This document shows, in pieces, positions 45,237-54,311 of a stretch of 64,000 bases of DNA. The position numbers and the translations under genes are program-made. A model generated the notes under the pieces. That model was not told where the DNA came from, did no database searches, and saw nothing but the letters and a program-made list of their open reading frames with translations. Source of the DNA: a virus (Duplodnaviria; Caudoviricetes); the IMG/VR virus record IMGVR_UViG_3300044711_000095, positions 1 to 64,000 of that record; one strand, 5' to 3'. How positions within the stretch are numbered: the stretch's first letter is position 1; each line of letters opens with the position of its first letter.

Positions 45237-45435
45237 CCCCGAAACCGTCCAGCGGATCATCTCCCGGTACCGGGAGATCAGGGACCACGAGAAGGGCGGG
45301 ATCCGCCGCCTCGCCTCCGAGTTCGGGGTTTCCCGGGAGGTCGCCCGCCGTCTCCTGTCCGCTCACGGCGTCCTCGCTGCCCGTGGTCGGCCCCCGGCCA
45401 AGTGGAACCGGACGGGAGCTTCAGGAACCGGCTGA
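45211..45435 (+). CDS. HTH DNA-binding protein
   Basis: GGIRRLASEFGVSREVARRLLSAHGV. Confidence 0.6.
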   Translation: MVAVATDPDPETVQRIISRYREIRDHEKGGIRRLASEFGVSREVARRLLSAHGVLAARGRPPAKWNRTGASGTG

Positions 45436-45529
45436 ACTGGCCGTTCTGGTAAGACCCCCCGTACGTCCGGTGCCCGGCCCACCCCCTCTGCGGGCCGGGC
45501 ACCGGCCTCTCCGAAAGGCACAGCACGTC

Positions 45530-45793
45530 ATGATCCGGACCCGGCTCACCTACACCGCGCTCACCCTCGCCGTCCTCGGGGCGCTTGTCGGTGCCGCAGC
45601 ATGCGGTCGTGCCGATGACGCTGTACAGACCAAGACGGAAAACAGGAACCCGCGCATCGGGGCCGTCGAGGTGTGGCCAGACGACCTCTCGACGTCGAAG
45701 AGGTGTGACGGAACGACCCTCGTCTACACCAGAGACGCTGGATCCTCCGGTTCCATCGCTGTCGTCCCGTCCAGCCCGGAGTGCACCCCTTGA
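45530..45793 (+). CDS. Putative lipoprotein
   Basis: Signal-like N-term with AAACG lipobox; KRCDGTTLVY...PEC. Confidence 0.65.
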   Translation: MIRTRLTYTALTLAVLGALVGAAACGRADDAVQTKTENRNPRIGAVEVWPDDLSTSKRCDGTTLVYTRDAGSSGSIAVVPSSPECTP

Positions 45794-46359
45794 TCACCTA
45801 CGTTGGCCCTGGCGGAACCGGAGGATTCCGTGGATGGCTCGCCCGCGTCGGACATCACCAGTGGCGCCTCTACGTCCCCCTCGTCTGCTTGAACGCCTGC
45901 CCTGTCCCGGCCACCGGCCCCCTGTCGTGGCTCCCGGTGGTCCCCCTCGGGGGGCTGCTGCTGTGGGTTGCCGCGACATCCGCCCACGAGCTTGCCCTGT
46001 GCGAGACCTGCATCAGCGACTTCCCCTTGGACGCCCAGGCCCAGGCCGAACGGAAGATCCTTCTCCTGCGGCTGTCCCACTGGTCCCGGACGGGGAGGGG
46101 AACGATGGTGTGGGTGGCGGTCCTGGCCGCTGCTGTCCTCATCCCGTCGGTGGTGTGGCATGGGTGGCGCTGGTGGCCGACGCTGATGTTGGCGTCGATC
46201 CCGTGGATGGTCAACGAGAACGCTGCCCTGACCCACAAGCGGCTCCGGCCGGTGTGCCCGATCTGTCGTGGCAGGGACGGCGGGGGTGGCAGGGACGTGC
46301 CGGTGGTTGACCCGGACCCGGTGGATTCCACGCCCCGCACCCCGGCGCCAGCCGCGTGA
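45790..46359 (+). CDS. Multi-TM membrane protein with CxxC/H motifs
   Basis: HELALCETC, HKRLRPVCPIC; hydrophobic stretches. Confidence 0.6.
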   Translation: MITYVGPGGTGGFRGWLARVGHHQWRLYVPLVCLNACPVPATGPLSWLPVVPLGGLLLWVAATSAHELALCETCISDFPLDAQAQAERKILLLRLSHWSRTGRGTMVWVAVLAAAVLIPSVVWHGWRWWPTLMLASIPWMVNENAALTHKRLRPVCPICRGRDGGGGRDVPVVDPDPVDSTPRTPAPAA

Positions 46360-46547
46360 GCGTCCGCTGGTGGCTCTGCTACGCCCTGGGGGTCGCGTAT
46401 CTCCTGGCCGTCGCCGCTGTGGCGTCCACGGACCCGGAGACGCCCAACTACCGGGATCCGCTGCCTGAACGGTGCGCCCGGATGGGTGGTCGCCTGGTTC
46501 CCGACCGTGAACTGTGCCAACTACCCGAAGGGATACGTGTTCCATGA
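46356..46547 (+). CDS. Small membrane protein
   Basis: N-terminal TM; C..MGG...C. Confidence 0.55.
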   Translation: MSVRWWLCYALGVAYLLAVAAVASTDPETPNYRDPLPERCARMGGRLVPDRELCQLPEGIRVP

Positions 46548-46810
46548 CCACCACAGAGACCACACTCCGGCCCGGCCTGTACGGCGGCCGGCTCGACCTC
46601 ACCGGGAAGTCCTACGGCCTAGGCATTCCCACCGCGACCGCGCGGGATCTGATCACCGAAGCTGCCGCCGCGTATCGGGACGCTGGGCTCCCCGCCGACG
46701 GCACGCCGACGATCACCATCGTGTTCGTCACCGCACCGGCTGACCCTCCGTTCCCGGCAATGGCCGAGTGGGTCGCCTACTGGGGATACACGATGGGAAG
46801 CACGCCATGA
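46544..46810 (+). CDS. Hypothetical protein
   Basis: ATGA overlaps. Confidence 0.5.
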   Translation: MTTTETTLRPGLYGGRLDLTGKSYGLGIPTATARDLITEAAAAYRDAGLPADGTPTITIVFVTAPADPPFPAMAEWVAYWGYTMGSTP

Positions 46811-47298
46811 CCATTATCGGTTTCACCGGCGCCCGGGAAGTCACCCCCATGCAGCGCCTGTACATCCGGGCTGTCCTGCGGCACCTCCCTGCCGACACGT
46901 ACGTCACGGGCGCGTGCACAGGCGTCGATGAGGTGATCGCCCGAGCCGTGGCCGAGTACTACCCTGACGCCCGGAACCTGATCGTCGTACCGTCGGGCCG
47001 GTCCTACGTCAGCCACGCGTTCCTCGTGGACATGGCCCGCGCCGGTGCGACCATCAATCTGATGGCGCCGGGCACGACCTACAAGGACCGTAACCAGGTC
47101 ATCGTCGACCAGTCGCAGCGGCTGGTCGGGTTCCCTGCGTTCGCTGAAGGCCACGACAAGGGCCAAACCTCCGGGACGTGGCCGACCATCCGGATGGCCC
47201 GCAGAGCGTTCGTAGCCGGCCTGCACATCGAGGAACCTGACGTCCGGATCCTCACCGAACTGGTGCCCGCCACCGGTGTGCGGAGGGAAGACGCATGA
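46807..47298 (+). CDS. SLOG-superfamily (DprA/YpsA-like) nucleotide-binding protein
   Basis: IIGFTG, TGACTGVD, RNQVIVD, SGTWPTIRMA. Confidence 0.7.
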   Translation: MTIIGFTGAREVTPMQRLYIRAVLRHLPADTYVTGACTGVDEVIARAVAEYYPDARNLIVVPSGRSYVSHAFLVDMARAGATINLMAPGTTYKDRNQVIVDQSQRLVGFPAFAEGHDKGQTSGTWPTIRMARRAFVAGLHIEEPDVRILTELVPATGVRREDA

Positions 47299-47663
47299 CC
47301 CAGATGCGTGCCCCGTGGACACAAGACCAGGTCGCCGCGCTCAACGCCTGGCAGCAGGGACCTGTCCACCCGTTCGCGTGCGGGAACTGCCGCGCTGATT
47401 TGGTCGCCACCACCGACGGGTGGACCTGCCCCCAAGAGGGCTGCGGGTACACCCAGGCGTGGGCCCACGACTTCATGGCCGACCCGGAAACCCTCACCGG
47501 GATCTACTCGTGGAACCCAGGCTGGACCCGGACAGCCAACCCGAAGCCGCCGGCAGGACCAGGCATGGTGCACACCTGCGTTACCCCGCCGTCCATGTCG
47601 TGCAACGCGTGCATGGAGACCTACACCTCCGACGACGACGACATCACGGAGCCACCCGAATGA
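47295..47663 (+). CDS. Zn-ribbon hypothetical protein
   Basis: APWT.DQVAALNAWQ...HPFACGNC..L.AT.DGW.CP..CGY.Q.WAH. Confidence 0.65.
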   Translation: MTQMRAPWTQDQVAALNAWQQGPVHPFACGNCRADLVATTDGWTCPQEGCGYTQAWAHDFMADPETLTGIYSWNPGWTRTANPKPPAGPGMVHTCVTPPSMSCNACMETYTSDDDDITEPPE

Positions 47664-48016
47664 GCACCTGCCCGTTCTGCGAGATCGTCGCCCGCCGCGC
47701 CCCCGCCACGATCGTCCAGTGGTGGGAGGGAGCCATGGCGATCATCCCACTGAACCCCGTCGTCCCCGGCCACCTGATCGTGATCCCGAACCGGCACGTC
47801 CCTGACGCCCTCACCGACCCCGCACTGACCGGACACGTCATGGAGTGCGCCGCCAAGGTCGCCACCGCACCGTGCAACCTCATCACCTCCGTCGGCCAAG
47901 AGGCCACACAGTCCGTGTTCCACTTACATATCCACGTCGTGCCGCGCGCCGCCGATGATGGGCTCGCTCTCCCCTGGTACTCCGGACGCCGGAGCCGGAA
48001 AGGACAAGCCCAGTGA
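47660..48016 (+). CDS. HIT-family nucleotide hydrolase
   Basis: CPFC, PLNPVVPGHLIVIP..H, QSVFHLHIHVVPR. Confidence 0.9.
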   Translation: MSTCPFCEIVARRAPATIVQWWEGAMAIIPLNPVVPGHLIVIPNRHVPDALTDPALTGHVMECAAKVATAPCNLITSVGQEATQSVFHLHIHVVPRAADDGLALPWYSGRRSRKGQAQ

Positions 48017-48309
48017 GTGACGACCGGACGACTGTGGATGCCCGGGTCGAGTGGGGCAACCGGTGGCCTGACGGGGAGGTCGAGGTCGAGTACGGCGTCA
48101 GCTGCCCCGGCTGCGGGTGGCCCGGCTACATGGGGCCCGACGACTCCGCCCGTGAGCGCCGTGAGTGGCAGCGGGAGGCCGACCGGGCAGTCATCGAACG
48201 GCGCGACGGGCCCGGCCCGTGCGGCTGCCACTGCCACAAGCGCCTCGACGAGTGGGACCAGTGCCCGATCTGCACCAGCGGCTACTCGAACCTGTGCGAA
48301 CCGCCGTGA
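48013..48309 (+). CDS. Cys-rich hypothetical protein
   Basis: CPGC; CGCHC...CPIC. Confidence 0.55.
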   Translation: MSDDRTTVDARVEWGNRWPDGEVEVEYGVSCPGCGWPGYMGPDDSARERREWQREADRAVIERRDGPGPCGCHCHKRLDEWDQCPICTSGYSNLCEPP

Positions 48310-48313
48310 CGTA

Positions 48314-48529
48314 TCAGATGATCGTGACCCGGTCGACGGAGCCGTCAGGTTCCTGGAGTAGGAGTTTCCCCCCGGAGCGCTGGTTGGTGGTGACGAGGTG
48401 GTAAAGGTGGACGGCCCTGTTGACGATGGTCGTCTTGTTCAACCCTTCTACCTCGACCAGTTCGGCGAGCTGGGACCTGGTCTGGGTGGAAAGTTCCACC
48501 ACAAGACGCGGGTTGGCAGGTTCAGTCAT
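48314..48529 (-). CDS. RHH/CopG-like regulator
   Basis: RLVVELS...LAELVEVEGLNKTTIVNRAV. Confidence 0.7.
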   Translation of the reverse strand: MTEPANPRLVVELSTQTRSQLAELVEVEGLNKTTIVNRAVHLYHLVTTNQRSGGKLLLQEPDGSVDRVTII

Positions 48530-48678
48530 ACTCGGATGTTACTGGGATGACACTCCACTGTCATCGGCCGGGCACGGGGCTACCATGGCCACGACCCACC
48601 AGGGCAGCCCCCGCGGGGTCTGTGGTGAGGCGGCCCTCCTGTTGCGACCGGGAGGGCCGCAGCCACGTGTGGCGTCCT

Positions 48679-48825
48679 TCACGCGGCGTCGACGCGGTTC
48701 TTGGCCCGCCGCCCGGTCGGTTTCGGGGCGAGCGCCCACCGGTGGAACAGGACCCCGAACGCGAACGCGGTGATGACCGCGAGAGTCCACCCGGCGATGG
48801 ACAGGACGTCGAGCCAGCGCAGCAC
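48679..48825 (-). CDS. Small TM protein (48 aa)
   Basis: GGAG RBS; WLDVLSIAGWTLAVITAFAFGVLF. Confidence 0.5.
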   Translation of the reverse strand: MLRWLDVLSIAGWTLAVITAFAFGVLFHRWALAPKPTGRRAKNRVDAA

Positions 48826-49012
48826 GGGGGCACTCCAACGGGGGCGTTGCGGGAGGGGTGGGGCCGGCCCCCGCCAGCAGTCCAAGGGTACCCATTCAAG
48901 GTCACGGAATGGGCGCGAACGGGTCGGCCGGGCTGGTCCTGACCTCGGGAGTTCAGCCGATACGTGCGTGCTACACGTGTTACGTAGGCGACACACGTAG
49001 TACGCTATCTGC

Positions 49013-49201
49013 ATGACCGAAACTCCGCTCCCCAAGAAACGAGTGGCCCTGTCCCTCACCGGCGAGGAGCAACGCCGGCTCCGCATCCGAGCCTCCGTCG
49101 ACGGAAAAACGATGTCCGCGTGGGTCATGGACCAGGTCTCGGCGGCCGAGAACAACACGGCCGCGCACCCCGCCCGCGAAGAAAACGGGGCACGCAAGTA
49201 G
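49013..49201 (+). CDS. RHH/Arc-like DNA-binding protein, probably leaderless
   Basis: KRVALSLTGEEQRRLRIRASVDGKTMSAWV; TACGCT 6 nt before ATG. Confidence 0.7.
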   Translation: MTETPLPKKRVALSLTGEEQRRLRIRASVDGKTMSAWVMDQVSAAENNTAAHPAREENGARK

Positions 49202-49249
49202 ACCCCACACCCCGTAGGGCAACAACACCCCAACCACGAGAGGGGCAAC

Positions 49250-50398
49250 GTGGCGACACGCGCCTCCGACATCGAGAAACTCCTCCGCCACGCCGAAACC
49301 CAAGGCTGGCGGATAGAGGCCAGGAAGAAATGCTTCATCGCGTTCCCACCACTCGATGCACCCGACCCGAAACCCGTGTCCATACCAAAATCACCGAACG
49401 GAATCAGGATGATCCAGAACGTGACCTCTGCGTTACGGCGCGGAGGATTCAACCCCGACACCGACCGCCACGAAGCCGTAACTACCGCCATCGAGTCCGG
49501 CCACCGCGACATCGTCCCCTCCAGCCGAACCAACCCCCCGCCCACCCGTGAGCAGGTCGAAGTGAGACTGAACGGTGCACCCCTCGTAGCGAACGGCCGG
49601 CCCGTCAACGGCGCCCACAAGGCACCCGTGACCGTCATCACCAGGGAACCCGTCCCCGGCAGGCCCGGTATCGAACAGGTCCTCCTGTCCGACGGCGCGG
49701 AAGTGTTCGGGTGCGCGATCTGCCCAGACCTGCGGGCCCGCACCGCCAGCGAAGCAGCCAACCACCACCACCACAACCACACCATGAACCGCGGGAGGGA
49801 CGGCGAACCGGCACCCGCCGGGACCCTGATCGCCGCCATCCTCCGCGACGAAATCGTCACCGGTAGCGGCGGTTGGACGTACGGGCAGAACATGCCCACG
49901 GGCCGGGACCTCGCCGCCCGGTTCGGGGTGTCCGGGTTCACCATCTCTCAAGCGTTCAAACCGTTGATCGCCGAAGGGCTGGTCTCCACCCAGGCTGGCC
50001 ATCGTGCGGTCGTCACCTACAAGCCCGCCCCCGCCCTCGCCGTGACCCCGGAGCCCACCATGCCGACGCCACCCACACCTGCCCTGCTCGCCGGGTCCGT
50101 CCGCCCGGTCACGGCACCCGCCAAGCCCACCCCACCAGCCCGACCCGCAGCGACCGCACCGGACCCGCAGGCCGAGATCCTGAAGGTGATCGGGCAGTTG
50201 CGGGACATCGCCGGGCAACTCGACGACGGCGGCGCCTCCGCAGCCCAGGCCGCGGAACTACGCCGGCAGGTCGCGCAGTCGAACGCGGAACGTGACTCGG
50301 CCCTCGCGAAAGCCAACGCCGCCACCACCCGCGCCGACAAGGCCGAGAAGGAGCTGGAGGCGTTGAAGGGCGCGTTGAAGGTCATCCAGTCGCTGTAG
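49250..50398 (+). CDS. Multidomain protein: HicA-like fold + C2H2-like Zn finger + GntR wHTH + coiled coil
   Basis: AETQGWRIE...VSIPKSP..R...N....LRRGG; CAICP...HHHH; LRDEIVTG...MPTGRDLAARFGVS..TI.QA...LIAEGLV. Confidence 0.7.
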   Translation: MATRASDIEKLLRHAETQGWRIEARKKCFIAFPPLDAPDPKPVSIPKSPNGIRMIQNVTSALRRGGFNPDTDRHEAVTTAIESGHRDIVPSSRTNPPPTREQVEVRLNGAPLVANGRPVNGAHKAPVTVITREPVPGRPGIEQVLLSDGAEVFGCAICPDLRARTASEAANHHHHNHTMNRGRDGEPAPAGTLIAAILRDEIVTGSGGWTYGQNMPTGRDLAARFGVSGFTISQAFKPLIAEGLVSTQAGHRAVVTYKPAPALAVTPEPTMPTPPTPALLAGSVRPVTAPAKPTPPARPAATAPDPQAEILKVIGQLRDIAGQLDDGGASAAQAAELRRQVAQSNAERDSALAKANAATTRADKAEKELEALKGALKVIQSL

Positions 50399-50478
50399 GG
50401 AAGGTGCGACGGCTTCCGCGTTTCTGGACATTCTCCGCGCTGATGATCGAACGGGTAGTGTTGCCCGCGTAAAGAGTT

Positions 50479-50509
50479 AGCCCCGGCACGGCGGTAACCG
50501 TCCGGGGCT
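50479..50509. terminator. Strong hairpin after the multidomain gene
   Basis: AGCCCCGG-C-ACGG-6-CCGT-CCGGGGCT. Confidence 0.4.
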
Positions 50510-50614
50510 GATCGACCAAGCTGAGCGTCCTGGAGAACCTGTGGCCGATGAGCCGATCCTACCTGCCCCCGTGTTCGCTGCGCAGCGCCCGTCCACCATG
50601 CGGGTCGTGGCGTA

Positions 50615-51115
50615 GTGGCATGGACGAAGACCTCCGATGACTTCCCCGACGACTGCTGGACTCTCTCGGACGCCGCGTACCGGCTCCACCACGAGGGCCT
50701 GACCTGGTCGAACCGGAAGCTCCTCGACTGCCTGATCCCCAAGGACGACCTCCGCAGGTTCGCCAAGTGCCCCGATGCTGTTGGTGAGCTGCTGGCCTGC
50801 GGGTACTGGTCGGAGGAGGGCGACGCATACGCGATCCGCCACCACGCCGCCTACCAGCGCTCACGCGAGCAGGTTGTCGCGCTGCAGGAGCGCAACCAGC
50901 GGAACGGCAAGGCGGGCGGTCGTCCGAAGAAGCCGGGCCGCGAGATCTGGACTCCCGAAACCCAACTGGGTTCCCAGATGGAAACCCAGGGGGTCAGGAC
51001 AGGTCAAGGACAGGCTCTGGAAGAAGAGGTCCATGGGTTGAACGAGAACTTGGCGTGTTCGTGGTGTCGCGGCGAGGGTTGTCCGCAGTGCCGTCCTGAC
51101 ATGTTCGGCGGGTAG
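50615..51115 (+). CDS. Second replication-initiator-like (replisome organizer N-domain) protein
   Basis: MAWTKTSDDF...LSDAAYRLH.EGL.WS...DCLIP...LLACGYW......I.HH..YQ..RE.V...N..NG..GGRP. Confidence 0.55.
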   Translation: MAWTKTSDDFPDDCWTLSDAAYRLHHEGLTWSNRKLLDCLIPKDDLRRFAKCPDAVGELLACGYWSEEGDAYAIRHHAAYQRSREQVVALQERNQRNGKAGGRPKKPGREIWTPETQLGSQMETQGVRTGQGQALEEEVHGLNENLACSWCRGEGCPQCRPDMFGG

Positions 51116-51126
51116 CCCGGACGCGA

Positions 51127-51160
51127 GTGTGGCCCCCCGCTGGCAGGTGGGGGGCCACAC
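51127..51160. terminator. Bidirectional terminator-like hairpin at convergent junction
   Basis: GTGTGGCCCCCC/GGGGGGCCACAC 12-bp perfect stem. Confidence 0.7.
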
Positions 51161-51189
51161 GTATTCCTCCGGACTGACGGTCGGGAGGG

Positions 51190-51420
51190 TCAGAGCAGGA
51201 CGTTCCGGAAGACGCCGAGCGCGTCGCTGGTCTGCCGGTCGGTCGGGAGGTCGCCTTGCTGTGTGGGCCGGAACGTGACCCGGGAGGTCCAGGTGGCGGG
51301 GTCGTGGTCGACTTCGTCGATGGTCTGGTATTCGCCGAGCAGGTTGGGCCCGACGATGGCCCCGATGTTGCCGGTCTGGTCGCCGGGGTAGGTGGCGTGG
51401 CGGCGGTTGTCGAACAGCAT
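51190..51420 (-). CDS. Hypothetical protein
   Basis: AAAGGAGG RBS; VGPNLLGEY. Confidence 0.65.
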   Translation of the reverse strand: MLFDNRRHATYPGDQTGNIGAIVGPNLLGEYQTIDEVDHDPATWTSRVTFRPTQQGDLPTDRQTSDALGVFRNVLL

Positions 51421-51441
51421 GCGTGGTCCTCCTTTGGTGGG

Positions 51442-51777
51442 TCAGGCGTGTCCGGCGGCTATGTGGGTGTCGAGGCGCATACGGAGCACGGAGTTCTCGG
51501 CCCTCAGCTCCGCGACCTCGGATCGCAGGCCGATGACTTCGCTCTGGAGTCTGACGATCTGGATGGCCAGAGGGGTTTCCCGTTTCCGGGTCGAGTCCCG
51601 GAGATCCCTGAACGCCTCGACGTCCCTCCGGCGGTACTTGCGGCGGCCCTTGCGGTGGTCACCGCCTCCGGTCCGTTCGGCGGGTTCGATCGGAAGCCTG
51701 GGGACGGTGGTCCGGTCGACCCCGAGTAGCTCGGCGACTTGCTGCACTCCGAGCAGTTCGTTGGGGTCGTTCGGCAC
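51442..51777 (-). CDS. Xis/MerR-like HTH protein with coiled coil
   Basis: AAGGAGGAGG RBS; ELLGVQQVAELLGVDRTTV...RRKYRRRDVEAF. Confidence 0.75.
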   Translation of the reverse strand: MPNDPNELLGVQQVAELLGVDRTTVPRLPIEPAERTGGGDHRKGRRKYRRRDVEAFRDLRDSTRKRETPLAIQIVRLQSEVIGLRSEVAELRAENSVLRMRLDTHIAAGHA

Positions 51778-51880
51778 GTTCCTCCTCCTTGGCGTGTAGG
51801 TACCCCCGAGGTCTCGGTACCCGCCGGGCAAGAGTAGGTGCAGGCCAGGCATGCTCCCCATCATACAGATTGCGGCATAG

Positions 51881-51910
51881 TTGCGTTAGACCGCGTCTAG
51901 AAGCTACGGT
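51881..51910 (+). promoter_or_regulatory. Candidate promoter of the transfer operon with palindrome
   Basis: TTGCGT-18 bp-TACGGT; TAGAC-CGC-GTCTA overlaps the spacer. Confidence 0.4.
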
Positions 51911-51952
51911 GGAGGGGAGCCACCAACTTCCCCCACCGAACGGAACCCCCTC

Positions 51953-52510
51953 ATGTCCCTCGCCGAATGGGCCGTCCTGCAGGCCCTGTCCGCCGGTGAC
52001 GACCGGACCGCCACATCGGCCAGCCCCGTCCGCTGCGAGGGCTGCGACGGCCGCCGGACCGACGTCCTCACGAACCGGCCGCGCCGTGTCTTCGGCATCC
52101 GCATCGGGTGGATCAACGAGGCGTGGTGTACGGCCTGCTACCGCCGGGACGTCGAACGGTCCATCCCCCGCCGCACCGAGGTGTGGTGGCTCCCGGGGGG
52201 CCACCCGACGACGTGGGGTCCCCTCCTGGAGTCCCTCCCCGAGGACGGCGTCTCCTGTGCCTGCTGCGCGGGGGTCCGCGGACCCATCGAGTACGCGGTG
52301 TGGGAGCCCACCGACGCGCCGGGCGCGGCCGTGGAGTCCGCGTGGCTGGTCTGCACCCGCGACTTCGACGACGCCCACCGGGACGACGTGTGGCCCGCCG
52401 GCACCACAGCCGCGTACATCGGCCGCCAGTACGACGATGGCGCCATCGAAGCCGCTGACGCCGCGTACGACGACCGGGTGGCCCTGCACTTCGCGAAGGA
52501 CACGAAATGA
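51953..52510 (+). CDS. Zn-binding hypothetical protein
   Basis: Multiple CxxC pairs. Confidence 0.6.
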   Translation: MSLAEWAVLQALSAGDDRTATSASPVRCEGCDGRRTDVLTNRPRRVFGIRIGWINEAWCTACYRRDVERSIPRRTEVWWLPGGHPTTWGPLLESLPEDGVSCACCAGVRGPIEYAVWEPTDAPGAAVESAWLVCTRDFDDAHRDDVWPAGTTAAYIGRQYDDGAIEAADAAYDDRVALHFAKDTK

Positions 52511-52770
52511 CCGGCCCCGCCGCCGGGGTCCTGTACGTGACCGCAGAAACGGCCCGGCACCTCGCCGCCGTCGAACACGACCTGGCCGTCACGGCCGCCG
52601 AACTCGCCGACTACCGGACATCCCTGGATTTGGTCCACGACGCGGTCGCTGAGGCGTGGATCGCCCGTTCCCTGCCCGGCACGGACCCGTCGGCCATCCT
52701 CGAACGCCTCATCGACAAGATCACCGCCGCTGCCCCGGCACCGGCCAACCCGAACCGGAGCGCACCGTGA
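52507..52770 (+). CDS. Hypothetical protein
   Basis: ATGA/GTGA overlaps. Confidence 0.55.
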   Translation: MTGPAAGVLYVTAETARHLAAVEHDLAVTAAELADYRTSLDLVHDAVAEAWIARSLPGTDPSAILERLIDKITAAAPAPANPNRSAP

Positions 52771-53195
52771 CCGTCCAGACCACCACCTCCGATGCGGCAT
52801 TCGCTGCCCGTATCCGGGCTCTGCGCGCCGCGCAGTGGTTCGCCGCCGAGTACGCGGCCCTGAAGTCCGCGGACCTGTCCAGGGTCCGGGCCACGATGAC
52901 CCGCCCCTGGGCCCGCCACCAGGCGATCAGCTGCCTGGTCGCGTCCGCCGGGTTCGGGCTGTTCGGGTGGGCGTTCGGGGTGTCCCTGATCTTCCTCGCG
53001 ATGATCCCGTTGGGTGTCGCGGTCCCGGTCGCCGGGGACGTCCTCGCGAAGCGGCACCGGACGGGGGAGCCGTTGACGGGCCGGGTCGTCGCCGACGTCC
53101 TGGTCACGTCGATCGCGGTCACCGTCCCCATCATCGCCGGTGCGGTGATCTTCGCGCTGGTCCTGCAGCGGTTCCTCGGTGGGGGCGCCCCGTGA
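52767..53195 (+). CDS. Three-TM membrane protein (spread-protein-like)
   Basis: GGAG RBS; three hydrophobic helices. Confidence 0.6.
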   Translation: MTVQTTTSDAAFAARIRALRAAQWFAAEYAALKSADLSRVRATMTRPWARHQAISCLVASAGFGLFGWAFGVSLIFLAMIPLGVAVPVAGDVLAKRHRTGEPLTGRVVADVLVTSIAVTVPIIAGAVIFALVLQRFLGGGAP

Positions 53196-53566
53196 GCATG
53201 TTCATTGCGTTGGCCCAGTCCGCTGGTGACCGGATCGCCGCCCGCCACCGGCCCCCCGGCCAGGCGGTCACGACCCACGCGGGACCCGCCACCCCGCCCG
53301 TGGTCGACGTGCCCCTCGCATGGGTGGAGGCGTTCGAGGAGGGGATGGCCCGGTACGGGTGGACCCGGTCCACCACCGGCCGGCCCGGCGCCGGCCGGGA
53401 GTACCACGACCCTGATCACGTCCTCGCCGCGACAGCCCTCGTGGTCCTCGCCGACATGGTCCACACCGGGCGGGTCACCGCGGACCAGCTCGCCGGCCTC
53501 ACCCCACCCCTGTCGACCGCCCAACTGCCCGCACCGGCCCGACCCGCGCTGGAGGCCCCACAATGA
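53192..53566 (+). CDS. Hypothetical protein
   Basis: GTGA/ATGA overlaps. Confidence 0.5.
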   Translation: MSMFIALAQSAGDRIAARHRPPGQAVTTHAGPATPPVVDVPLAWVEAFEEGMARYGWTRSTTGRPGAGREYHDPDHVLAATALVVLADMVHTGRVTADQLAGLTPPLSTAQLPAPARPALEAPQ

Positions 53567-54015
53567 CCCGCCCCGACCTGTCGCCCGTCACCGCCGCCCT
53601 GGCCCCCATCGTGCCCGTCACCCACGCCGGGTGGGGCCACCTGCCGCACCCGAACCCCCAGGTCGAGGCACAGTGCGACCGGCTCCCCGACGACGTGTTC
53701 CGCCTCCACACCGGCGACGCCGCCGCCCTGAACCGGCTCGCCGCAGTCTCCGTCCCGTTCTCGTTCCCCGCCCCCGGTGAGGCGTCCAGCCCCGTCCGTC
53801 GGGCCGAGCACTGGACGGACGGGGCGTGGGACGGGTACGTCACGTTCCACGCCGACCAGGCGGCCGACGTCACCGCGTGGGCGTGGGCGCTACGGCAACT
53901 CACGGCCGTCCAACTCGATCAGGTCCTGGTGGGGCTGTCCGGTGTCCACTTCCGGGACGACATCGCCGTGTTCGTGGAGCGGGTCAAGGGGTTCGCGTGG
54001 GGGGTGCCGGCGTGA
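53563..54015 (+). CDS. Hypothetical protein
   Basis: GGAGG RBS; overlaps. Confidence 0.55.
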   Translation: MTRPDLSPVTAALAPIVPVTHAGWGHLPHPNPQVEAQCDRLPDDVFRLHTGDAAALNRLAAVSVPFSFPAPGEASSPVRRAEHWTDGAWDGYVTFHADQAADVTAWAWALRQLTAVQLDQVLVGLSGVHFRDDIAVFVERVKGFAWGVPA

Positions 54016-54311
54016 GCAGGGACGCGACGATGCGGGCCCGGGTCACCCTGTGGGCCGTCGCGGGGGCCGTCGGGTGGGTGGCGTCCCACGTGACGTTCCC
54101 GGCGCCGTGGGGCGCGTTCGACATGGGCGTGTCCGGCCACGGCCGCTTGTTCTGGGCCGCGTTCGCGGTGCTGGCTGGGTGGAACCTGGCCCGCCACTAC
54201 CGCGACCCCGGCCGTCGCCGCGCGACCCCGCCGCCCGCGGGTCCGACCGTCCAGGTCGTCCCGCCGTCCACCACCACTCAGCCGACCGTCCGGGTGGAGG
54301 TGCCCCAGTGA
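54012..54311 (+). CDS. Two-TM membrane protein
   Basis: Two hydrophobic helices plus Pro/Thr tail. Confidence 0.55.
   Translation: MSRDATMRARVTLWAVAGAVGWVASHVTFPAPWGAFDMGVSGHGRLFWAAFAVLAGWNLARHYRDPGRRRATPPPAGPTVQVVPPSTTTQPTVRVEVPQ

Noticed and set aside
50496-50505. Isolated iteron half-site AACCGTCCGG outside the ori
   Set aside because: A single GC-rich 10-mer inside a hairpin; plausible by chance in 64 kb.
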